From Antedon mediterranea (Eukaryota > Animalia > Echinodermata): DNA of 64,000 nucleotides. The stretch lies in assembly GCF_964355755.1 (NCBI RefSeq), contig NC_092672.1, positions 36,400,437 through 36,464,436 on the forward strand, given 5' to 3'. The notes beneath the pieces are model-generated. The model saw only the letters and a program-made list of their open reading frames with translations, had not been told where the DNA came from and did no database searches. Shown here in pieces: positions 39,301 through 49,299 of this stretch. Position 1 is the first letter of the stretch. Every line of letters starts with the position of its first letter. The translations under genes and the position numbers were made by a program.

Positions 39301-42300
39301 TTATTCTACTGCAGCTACTTCAGTAATTCTGCATATTGTGGAAAGTACTGAGTATGTGTACTTTCCAAGTGGGGGGTGGGGCGGGGAGAAGGTTTAATGC
39401 ATGCGGATATCGCATGTAGTGAATACTATTACTTAAGATGAATCTAAAATATTTATTGACTTCAAGTCCAGTCCAGTTAAGAAATACAAAAATATTTTAA
39501 CTATTTGTAAGAGATTTTTTATTTTGGGAGAGTTAACTGTGATAGCTTGTCCTGTTTTTCTTTCTGTGTTGAATGCACAGTGTTTATAATATCATTGGTT
39601 GTCGTCACACAATCCCGTAGTTATACAGTATTCCTATAGTAATCCAAGTCTTGTGTGTGTGACCCATTTATACTGTATAGTATATGTTGATAAAATGCAT
39701 GCCATAAAAATAACAATAAAAACAACAAAACAAGAGAAAATTTAATTTGTCTCCGAGTATTTTGTTTATTTATGTCAAAAATCTATATACAATAACTCAG
39801 CTTTGATCACGATTTCTTAGATTAAGTTTTTTTTCTTGCTATGGATATATTATGTGATCTTGGTATTCCGAAATAAAAAGATGAATGAATGAATGAATTG
39901 GAAAAATTGAAAATATAAAATCAATCAATTTACTGTGTAAGTATGAATTTTCATGCCCATAGCCACACAGCTACTGTCACACAGAGCCACTGGCATAACT
40001 CATCAAGAGGCCCCTTGATTATCAGCATATGCTGTTTAGGGTCACCCTCTATAAAAAAGGTTTAAAAAAAATAAAATGTACACTGCAGTGTTCATTATGC
40101 GCTAAGCTAGGTTATGCCTGTTTACCATCACTTCTGCAAATCCTCTAAATTCACACATTTATTTTTCCTGTTCAAAAGTAGGAGACAATATTCTATGTTA
40201 ACCACTGTTGCATGAAATAAACTTTCTCGCAACGATTTATTAAAAATAAATTGACATAAAATAGCAATACAATAAAATGATAACCAATAGACATAAATCA
40301 ATGCATACAACATCTAAAGTTACAAGCATGAAAGGGAGGATAATGAAACATAAAATGTATATAATAGTTGTGTTTATGTCGGAGACTCCTTAATTAATTG
40401 CTCCAGTGGTTTCCGTGGATGGTTTTAAAGGTTTCTTCGAGTTTTTTGATTAGTAGACTGGGAATAAAAGAATCCCTAGATTCTGATCATAACGAGAGGA
40501 GCCAACGATGCGTCAGGATAGTAATTGACAATGATATTTATAAGAAATATCAGGTATTATATAACAAATAAATAAATTCCTGTCATTTGATTGGACGATT
40601 GTGGGTCACATTGCGTGCAATAGTACATATTAGTAATGTGGCGATGATATTTATAAAAAATATCAGGTATTACTCAGCGAGGGTGAAAAGGCTGGGTATT
40701 GAAAATCAACTTTTATTGATGTCTGCATCCAAGCCAAATACAGAATATCGTGACGCTCAATTGTGGAATATTATTCTAATACTCTCTTCACCCAGGTGTA
40801 CAAATGGGTACCTGGTAAGGTCAAGACATAACTTTGCGCTGATTACTAGCTGCATTATGGGAGTGTGTTTCCATACGTGTTTGATGCATAAATGATATGT
40901 ACAGTGCTTAGAGGTTTCACATCATTAAGCCGCTTTATATAGATATTATTATTATTATTAATATTTAAAACACAATTCAATATCAATTTTATAACCAATT
41001 ATGTGTCAATCTGTTGTGTGTACAGTATACTCAGGACACTTTTGGCACAACCTCAAAACTTTAAATGTTTGTTCATTTTAAAGCACGGTACACAGACCTG
41101 GAGAAGAACCATACAACCCTTATTTCTACTGTAGAGGAGAAGAAGCAACTGGTGACCCAGCTTGAACGTGACCTTGCCAGCGTTAATTCTCTCTCAAGTT
41201 TATATCGAGGAGAAGGAGAGGTAAACATGTTGTACAGAAACTTATTAAAGATATAGAACCACTGCAGTCATTTGATTTACATATCTTAACCTCTGTCTAC
41301 ACTCAAATCAAACTTTATGTGACAACAAAATGTGATGTTCCCAAATGGTAGTGATATGACATCATCATGTCCATGGGCACATCAATTTTTTTTTTTTTTT
41401 TGACAAAGTTTGATAGTGTAGACAGAGCTTTACAAACACTATGAACTATATGAGCCTGTAAATACAAACCTCTGTTGATCTTCCTACAAAAAATAGCAAT
41501 AGCATTTTGTTTTCCTGAATTTCAATATCTCATATTAATATAAATCCCTATTATTTCAAGGGTCAAGCCCAACCAAACTCTGAAGCTGAAATCATGGCTG
41601 AGGTGGTTAAGAGTTCTGCAGCAGGTTTGTACATTTACTTCAGTAATTACACAAAATGGACACAGACACATTGTGGTTGAAATGCTCATTTATCAAAGTC
41701 ACATGACACTCCCTAAAACAGCTTTCTTTATTTTATAGACCTACAGTACATCAGTTCCTAATTTCAACTTTTACATATACTTTGTTATAAACCATTCAGG
41801 TCCATTCTATAGTCACCATACAAATAGATTCCTACATCAGTACTTCTATGATGGCAAGTTAGTGACAAGAACGCTAGTTGATCATACCCAGTACCGTTTT
41901 GATTTTAAGATCATTCAGGAAAATACTTCATATCATAAATTAATTTTTAAATATATTTTTACAAACAGTGTTGCCGATTACTCAAACTGTTCAAGAGCCA
42001 GTTGGAGCAGTGGACTCTCTCTTACCTATCGTGTCTAGTCAGAGGGAGCGATTCAGAATCAGAAACCAGGAATTAGAGGGGGTAAGTTACAGTTGTGATG
42101 GAACATAAGTACCGTATCTACTAATTTGTCCAAAATGAATGGGTATTTTTTTTCAAACAAACTGAAAATAAAAGTGAATGTGTGAATGTTTTATTTCAGG
42201 AAAACCAACAGCAGCAGAAACAGGTTTTTATGCTACAAAATGAAGTTGACACACTGCGATCTGACAACGTCAAGTTGTATGAGAAGATCAAGTTCCTTCA

Positions 42301-43371
42301 GAGCTATCCAACATCAAAGGTATGTAGGTCTACATCATACCAAGTCAAATGGTAGACCAGTCAAATGGGCTTTTAATATTTATTTAAATTCTGCTCTGCT
42401 TTGCATCGAGCAGTTTTGCCTACATGCCCTGGTTCAAGCTAACAACCTATTATATATACTGCTATATTTTCTGTTTACTGTGTGAATATCTACAGATTTA
42501 CAGCTTGTCCACAGTATGAACATGAAAAAGACTATTTCGTGCTTGCCTCCTATGCTCAAATATTTTTATTGTTGCAGCCATCAGCTAAGTTTGATGAGAC
42601 TGAGAGTCGGTATTCAAGACAGTATGAGGAAAGGTTAGACCCATTTACCGCATTCGGAAAGAAAGAACGACAACGGAAATATATGAACCTGACGCCATAC
42701 GACAAGGCAACACTCGGAATGGTGAGTGTTGTTTAATTAATAGCAATAACATGTATCTTTAGCTCATATGTTTGAGCATAATTCTCATTTTTACTATTAA
42801 AACTCTTTTTTTTTGCTTACTTTCCAGGGGAAGTTCATCTTATCCAACAAAGTAGCACGCACCATTGCCTTTTTCTACACTGTACTGCTTCATTGTCTTG
42901 TGTTCCTTGTGTTGTACTACCTTGCCTATACTTCAGCTTGTAAGAGGGACATGGCATCAGAATGTGTCCACAAGTAAGTCTTTCTTCTTAGTTCAGTGCA
43001 CTTTAGTGAAGCACCTAAAAAAAGCAGTAAAAACCTTTCCATTCTAAATACATCCATTAAAACAATGTGAAGCTCTGTCCACATAATCAAACTTTATGTG
43101 ACAAAAAATGTGATGTGCCCATATATGGACATGATGATGTCATATCACTACCATATTTAAGCATATCACTACTAAATATGGACATATCACACTTTTTTGT
43201 CACATAAAGTTTGATAGTGTAGTGCTTTAGAATATGTAGTATTAAAAGTATATAAGTTTTTCCAAATTTAATAAAAATAACTAACACTAGTCTCTTTTAT
43301 CCAGGTTTGCTGATCACATGAACCACTTCCACCCGGATAATGTTGATCTAGGTCACGGTCATCATCAGTGA
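15099..43371 (+). CDS. CUX1: CASP golgin isoform of the CUX locus (coiled coil plus C-terminal TM anchor), ~683 aa
   Basis: The 11 shared exons (phase-1 donor at 32315) join CASP-specific exons 41084-41220, 41561-41624, 41969-42081, 42200-42319, 42578-42721, 42828-42973, 43305-43371. Motifs [40 protein letters not shown] and the TM segment [17 protein letters not shown] with the golgin Tyr/His are present. Confidence 0.95.
19690..20100. repeat. Tandem duplication, ~210-bp unit x2, in CUX intron 1
   Basis: TCTGTAAAAGAAA..ATATAAACTTTATAAATATTACAAAA..GTTTGGATTACA and AATACGACCGGACACT each occur twice. Confidence 0.8.
21361..21400 (+). ncRNA. Minimal type I hammerhead ribozyme motif (intact core)
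   Basis: CCG-CTGAGGA-T-GGAGAA-tggt-TTCTCC-GAA-AATATT-A-CGG: stem I 3 bp, core CUGANGA and GAAA, stem II 6 bp, palindromic stem III AAUAUU, cleavage triplet UUA. Confidence 0.7.
23080..23185 (-). mobile_element. Possible degenerate LINE (L2/CR1-group) ORF2 C-terminal fragment
   Basis: Minus-strand peptide [19 protein letters not shown] resembles the RTxRYKNSFFP..IxxWN end of LINE ORF2; the match is short. Confidence 0.35.
25063..25085. repeat. (TG)n microsatellite
   Basis: About 11 TG units. Confidence 0.9.
26731..27119. mobile_element. Composite MITE family A copy containing captured DNA
   Basis: Both outer TIRs present; 26731-27011 is an inverted copy of ~13574-13865. Confidence 0.85.
27832..27994. 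mobile_element. MITE family A copy with TAA TSD
   Basis: TAA|AGCTCTGTC...GACAGAGCT|TAA. Confidence 0.9.
28186..28395 (+). mobile_element. tRNA-derived SINE
   Basis: Head GTGGAGCTGTAGCTTGGTGG (A box) ... GGGTTCAATC (B box); homologous along its length to 29783-30090. Confidence 0.75.
29783..30090 (+). mobile_element. tRNA-derived SINE interrupted by a MITE
   Basis: A box TAGTTTGGTGG, anticodon-like loop CTTCCAA (Gly-like), B box GGTTCAATCC; the body aligns with 28186-28395 on both sides of the MITE at 29894-30032. Confidence 0.75.
29894..30032. mobile_element. MITE family A copy inserted in a SINE, TTA TSD
   Basis: TTA on both sides; the sister SINE at ~28322 shows the empty site GAGACTTAG. 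Confidence 0.9.
30714..30952 (+). mobile_element. Penelope-like retroelement remnant with inverted terminal copy and variant hammerhead
   Basis: Arms 30737-30787 and 30903-30954 are ~50-bp inverted repeats; the 13-bp direct repeat TAATTATTAAATG lies at 30701-30713 and 30953-30965; hammerhead-like motif at 30885-30925. Confidence 0.6.
31487..31905 (-). mobile_element. 5'-truncated CR1-type LINE 3' end
   Basis: Minus-strand peptide [60 protein letters not shown] is typical of a CR1 ORF2 C-terminus; it is followed by a short 3'UTR and a tandem tail (AAGATTCAAGT)2. Confidence 0.85.
33539..33634. mobile_element. MITE family A partial copy
   Basis: Internal motifs and right TIR. Confidence 0.8.
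38117..38248. mobile_element. MITE family A copy with TAA TSD
   Basis: Left TIR intact, right TIR shortened; lies in the probable CUX 3'UTR / CASP intron. Confidence 0.85.
40780..40960 (+). mobile_element. SINE body and L2-type tail remnant
   Basis: Core-like CTCTTCACCCAGGTGTACAAATGGGTACC, then L2-like tail GTACAGTGCTTAGAG...AAGCCGCTTTATATAGAT ending in (ATT)n. Confidence 0.55.
41289..41429. mobile_element. MITE family A copy
   Basis: Both TIRs recognisable. Confidence 0.8.
43071..43227. mobile_element. MITE family A copy
   Basis: TIRs and internal units, in the last CASP intron. Confidence 0.8.
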
Positions 43372-43665
43372 CATCATCATCTGGTATTAGGGAGCCTTCA
43401 ATTTGCTATGACCTACGACCTACAAACTAGTTAGTGTGAGACACTAGGATGATGTGCATACTCCATTGAAAACCCATATTATCTGCCTGTCATATCCGTT
43501 CCTAACTGACTCTGGGGGCATCATTTGTACAAAACCAGTATACAAAGAAGTATTTTTCCATATCTATCCACATAAATTATTAGTTTACATTGTTTCTTAG
43601 TTGAGAAAAGCTGCTTTAAATTCAGTTTTGAGATGCCTATTCCCAAAACAATGTTAAGATTGTAA

Positions 43666-44531
43666 TGCTATGTCTACACTATCAAACTAGTTTGATAAAC
43701 AGTGTGATGTGCCTAAATATGGTAGTGATATGCCCAATTATTGTAGTGATATGACATCACCATGTCCATATATGGGTACATCACTTTTTTTTGTCACACA
43801 AAGTTTGATAATGTAGACAGATCTGTATTTGTTAATGATTTTCTGGGACTGTATGCTAATGTAATATAATTGTATAATACAACTAATTAAAATGTGATTA
43901 ACACATTCCTATTCTTTCAATATACTAGTACTTGTGGAAATTGTGTGAAATCAATAAGCTATTTTTCTCATTCAGTATTAAGCTCTGTCTACACTATCAA
44001 ACTTTATGTGACAACAAATGTGATGTGCCCATATACGGACATGATGATGTCATACAGTATCACTACCATATTTTGGGTATATCACTACCATATTTGGGCA
44101 AATCACACTTTTTGGTTAAACTAGTTTGATAGTGTAGAATACAGAAAACTATTAAAATAATTAATTAAGTTACATAACTAAGTTCTTTAAATTTAGCAAT
44201 TGCTATATTATATTAACCTGGTTTCATTGCAAGAAATTTATTAAATTTCAAATTTTAATTTAGGGATAATAATCCTTCTACTTAACTTTCATTCATATGA
44301 AACAGTTTTTTTTATTTACTTTTTTAGATTTTTTTTAGATTAAGGGTTTAATTTTGATAGATGTGTGTTTATCTACAATATATATCATTGGTAAATGTAT
44401 ATTTGATGTTTTTTTATTGAAGCTCTGTCTACACTGTCAAACTTTATGTGATGTGCCCATATATGAACATGATGATGTCACTACCATATTTGGGGATGTC
44501 ACACTTTCTTTGTCAAACTAGTTTGATAGAC
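43666..44531. mobile_element. Cluster of three MITE family A copies (43666-43824, 43981-44138, 44421-44531)
   Basis: Each shows the GTCTACACT(A/G)TCAAACT TIR and internal units; they lie between the convergent CASP and TMEM17 stops. Confidence 0.8.
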
Positions 44532-45395
44532 CGGTCTTTATATTAAGCTGAAGAGACTATAATTAGGCCATCCACAGTGAAAGGCCTAGCATAATCAGGA
44601 CACATTTTTATAGATAGTTCCCATTATCACTTATCTAGTCAGCTTTTACATCAAATATTAAGTATCTTGATAATCTTTTGGTAGTGTTGCCGTTTTCTTT
44701 TTCTCACCCACCTTTTTGAGATATTGTTATTGTCAAATGTGCTATTGCTGTAAACATTGTAAAAAGCATGTACTGTACTGACAAAACAAAGAATTTCTTC
44801 AAATATTTATTCGTCTTTACAAATATATAAATACATACAGTAATATATACAGTTCAAGGTGTACTTTGTTCTCTCTTTGTGAACAGTTGAATCAAACACA
44901 TTAAAATAATTTGAAAAGTTTGAAACGACACAAATAATACTACTGCTTTGAAATCTCTTGCAATGCAAGAAATCCATTACAACTAGTACTAGTACTTTAA
45001 AACACACACAAAACTTTGTCTATAAATACCAAGGATATAATTTTTTAGGGAAGTGGATGAGGACCCAAAGTCTCTCATGCCCATGCATCTAAGGTTTTTT
45101 TCAAGGGCTTACACCCAGCCTAATTTCAGCATAGCACCCACCCTTAACTCTTGTAATTACACAAGCATATCCTGGCCCATTTAAGTGCTTCTATCACTTT
45201 TATTGAACAAAAAATGTTTTAATTTGAATCAATTTCCGACTTCCTAGAACAGAAACATTTCCAATTCTTTAATTGATCTTCTTGGAGGCTAGGCAGATCT
45301 TCATCGTCCACATTCCACAATTGGCTTAAATGCTACAGCCGCAACCGATCAAATTGGTTACAAATTCTTCTGCGTCTTTACCAAAATCAGCTTCC

Positions 45396-48300
45396 TCACA
45401 TCATTGGGTCTTCTTCCAAATGATGGTAACCATTTTGCATCTCCACAACATCATCAAACTGCTGGAGATGGAACTTCATCACCTGATGGTTTGACATCAC
45501 TTTCAAAGCATGGTAACCGATTAAAACCTCCGAAAACAAGAATAAGAGAAGCACGATGTGGATGGCACGTTCTATTGGAAACGGCATGGCGCCACCAGCA
45601 AGCAACAGGGCACAGAGTGGTAGCTGAAGGACTAGAGTCAAAAGCCAGAAACCAGCCAGCTCAGGCACCTTAAGATAAATTGAAATAAACACAATTATAA
45701 TAAATGTGTACAATTAGGACTCTCTAGGGATCATGTTAAAAATAATTTTTCATTCATTTCTGCATTAACTACATTTTGGTTACTTTTTAACCTGTTTTGT
45801 TTTTATGTTTTGTTTTTAAATATTTAGGCAAATTGCCAAGGATAACCATAAGTTCATTATCCTTCTTAAAAGTGGCAATCTCGTTCATAAGACAAGCATA
45901 CACACACACAAGATGCTCTACATAAACAAAGTCTTATTACAAGTCTTTGGGAATGGACTTGTAATTTGCTATTGTTATAAATTATAACATATTATGACAG
46001 GACTTGAACCCAGGACCCTTAGATTGGTAGCCAAACATCATATCCACCAAGCCACAACTCCAATTTTAATTCAATTATTTGGTAAGCTTTTTTATTGGGT
46101 AATCATACACAACTGTTATTGCAGTGAGAGCCTACATTAGGCTGCTTATGTGATAATTAAGTACATACCCTTTCTTGTAAGTTGCCTAGGTAGCCAAGGT
46201 AAAGTCTCATGATCTCCGTGCCAGACATAATAATATACACAGTGATATGGATAAACTGGTAGATCTCCTGCAAGTGCAGAAACTATGGAGAGGAGAAAAA
46301 AATGTAACTTTTAATTTTTTTCTCACTAAGAATATTATGTACATCCAAAGAAAGACATAACACACATTTAGTAAAGAATGGGACACCTTTAAAACGGTCC
46401 AGTCCTGATTGCACAAAATGAGACTAGTTATGATAAGTAGCTGTGTGTTTAAAGAATTACAGGAAATTTGTATCACAATTAGTCATTTATCTGATCTTTT
46501 ATTGCCCGAAAATGATGATACAGTATATGTGCTGCTAAAAGGGTTGGGCGCTTTGAAGTAACCCTCATAATTCGACACTTCCCGTAAGCTGACTTTTTTT
46601 TCCAGACCCACCCGAGAGAGGTTCAACTGTACATATTTTTACCTTGAGTTCCAGCATGACAATACAACTTATTATCCAGAAGGGAAAATAGAAAACATTG
46701 AAGTATAACAACATCTGTAGAGGCAGACTGGTTACTAACTCATTACCTGTAAATTATATCAATCAATGAAATTAATCAAAATATTATAAATTGTTGTATT
46801 AGATTGGGAATTTACCGTTGAAAACTAAGTATAGTTTTACCTTTGAGTACTTAATAAATGAAAAAGCTTGTGTTTTTTTATATTTATTCAACTTCTCACA
46901 AAAAAAATACACATACAAAGAAATAAACAAAATTAGTAGGTGGTAAACACCTCTAAAACAGTCCGGTCCGAATTGCACAATGAAAAAGTATATATAAAAA
47001 TTATAATAAATATTTATATAGAATAGGCCTAGGGCCTCATATCATATTATAGCCTAGTAAGTAGGGCTATTGGCTTTGCATAATTTAGTTCATATCAAAG
47101 TTATTCACTTCTGTAACAAAATTCACATTATAGAAAGAGAAAAGAAATGTTTAATTATAACTAAAAAACCACATTGTCTGACAGACAATTGAAGTATTTT
47201 TTGCTTTTAATTACATTTTTTTCAGCTAAAATAACTGTTATGTGACAATAAAATGACACATTCAAAAACAAATTTGAAATAAAAAATATTTTTCAGAGGG
47301 ACAATCAATAAAGAGAGCAGCGTTTTTTGTAAGAAATATTTCTTGTTTAGTTATGTTATGCGCGATTTGAACGATTTGCGCAATTTAAAATTGCGCAAAG
47401 AATTCCCTGCGCAATTTGAATTGAAACATCTGTTTCAAATTGTGCAAGCAACGTATTAAATTGCGCAAGTAATCTGCAAATTGCGCAAGGTTTTTTTCGA
47501 CAGATTGTGAAATCATGCACACCCATATTTTTATAGTAATTTCTAAGAATGATTCATGCATACCGTCGAAGACCCGACAAAGGACGACAAAGGTGGAGTT
47601 CCCGGCGGGCACGTGCACGGCGGGCGGCTAATACTACTCTAGCCTCCTACTACTGGCTATGTTTTGATAGCAAGTCTAACCGTTGGTGGCGGTAGACTAT
47701 GTTGTGTATTCAAAGATTATATAGCGCCGCTACGCGGCGCAAGATAGGTAACTGTTGCCAAGCTCCTATCTTATAACACTACGCGCCCAGTAAATCCATG
47801 GACGCCATTCGGGCGGACAGGTTATTAATTGTGATTTAAATGTAAATGGTTTAAATTTGGCGGTCCGCCTCGAAGTATCTGTGGTTAACCATCTTTATGA
47901 TTGATTCATGGAAAAGGGAAGAAATTATGTAAACAAAGTAAAATAAAAGTTTCTTTGGGATCTGGACACTTTCCGATTAATTCTGTGTGTTTACATTGAT
48001 ATGTTTGGTTAGACAACTTCGTTCTTTAACCGAAACATCGTGGATATTGCCTTGACAACGACTTTATTCCGGTTCAAACTTGTCCGCCGGAATGGCGTCC
48101 ATGGATTACAAAGGTCTCACCCAGTTACCTATCTTGCACCGCGTAGCGGCGCTATACAATCTTTGGTGTATTTACTACTAGACTACATTAATTTTTGTTA
48201 TTTTTACATTTATTTTGATTTATTTTAAGTTACAATGAGAGTGATAATATTATTTAATTGTGTATGCCATTTATGTTGTGTATTATACACATGTTATCTT

Positions 48301-49092
48301 CGCATTTATTATGTTTCATTTTGAGTTATTAGTTTCGAATAAATTATTATTGTTAACCGATCGTCGACGTTAGCACGCATTCTGGTAGAATTCTGCTGCG
48401 CAATTTGACAATTTTACAAATTGTGCAGCGCAATTTGAAATTGCGCAAGGATTTTCTTGCGCAATTTGATATTGCGCAAGTTGATTGCGCAATTTAATAT
48501 TGCGCAAGAAAATGCGTGCGCAATTTAAAATTGCGCAAGAATTCTTTGCGCAATTTCAAATTGCGCAAGGAATTCTTTGCGCAATTTTAAATTGCGCAAA
48601 TCGTTCAAATCGCGCTTAACAGTTATACTTAATAAATGGAAGTAAATAAAGTAAACTTTAAGTTTAAAATTTAAAGTTTTCTATTCGAATAATTTTCTGT
48701 TGAGCACAATCCGTTTACAATTTACCATTCGAATACAAAAAGTACTCAACGAATATTTATATTGCCTACGGAAGTTCCTAATCGAATACAATATCTAGGC
48801 CCCGGTTTGCCAATAAAGTAGTCGTTTCAGGGATAGAGCCTAGGGGGAAATCCGTTTTCTCTCTCGTTATGTTGTTGATTATGCCGTCCAATTTGGCCTA
48901 GGACTAGACCCCAGACTTACCGATAATTACGTAAGGTAAAATGTCTAGTAAAACGTTTTACTTTAATTAATAATGAAAGAATATATTACCAGGCTTTAAT
49001 AAATGATGCTGCCGTGGATCTCGAATTCCTCTAGCTGGAAATACAGCTTCAGTAAACGTAGTCAATTTTTGTCGCATATAATCCGCCGCCAT
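45396..49092 (-). CDS. TMEM17: Transmembrane protein 17 (ciliary transition-zone TMEM17/TMEM216 family), 197 aa, 4 exons
   Basis: Minus exons 49092-48990, 46746-46643, 46282-46169, 45668-45396 are phase-consistent. Motifs GNELVTSLPLQMLLYFNVFYFPFW and EIMRLYLGYLGNLQERVPELAGFWLLTLVLQLP. Confidence 0.94.
45994..46062 (-). mobile_element. tRNA-derived SINE head
   Basis: Minus strand TGGAGTTGTGGCTTGGTGG...GGGTTCAAGTCCTG, similar to the heads at 28186 and 29783. Confidence 0.6.
47354..48621. mobile_element. Non-autonomous long-TIR element with TGT..ACA ends and 4-bp TSD (Ginger-like)
   Basis: ~70-bp TIRs TGTTA(T/A)GCGCGATTTGAACGATTTGCGCAATTTAAAATTGCGCAAAGAATTCC; GTTA on both flanks (alternatively read as a 6-bp AGTTAT); subterminal TTGCGCAA arrays. 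Confidence 0.75.
47711..48165. mobile_element. Non-autonomous P-element-like insertion nested in the Ginger-like element
   Basis: 44-bp TIR CAAAGATT(A/G)TATAGCGCCGCTACGCGG(C/T)GCAAGATAGGTAACTG, a second internal inverted repeat (ATCCATGGACGCCATTC), and a 7-bp TSD GTGTATT (47704-47710, 48166-48172). Confidence 0.75.
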
Positions 49093-49299
49093 CTTTCGCG
49101 AAAATGAAAAAAAGTAATAACAGTAGAGGGCAGTAAATCAATTAGGCCAAAAAAAAAACCAACATGCTGGCCGGCTATAGCTGAATAATGCGATGGAACC
49201 ATTCTCTTTGTCTAAATATATCAATTTATTTAATCATCATATTATTATTATACAAACATATTTGTACCATCCATGGTATAATGCAGTCTATTTTTTCAA

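Noticed and set aside
45404-45673. Plus-strand 89-aa ORF, and the antisense ORFs over CUX and CPD exons
   Set aside because: Shadow ORFs opposite true coding exons.
48003-48059. RFX X-box-like motifs for ciliary TMEM17
   Set aside because: Imperfect matches inside a transposon about 1 kb into intron 1; not supportable from sequence alone.
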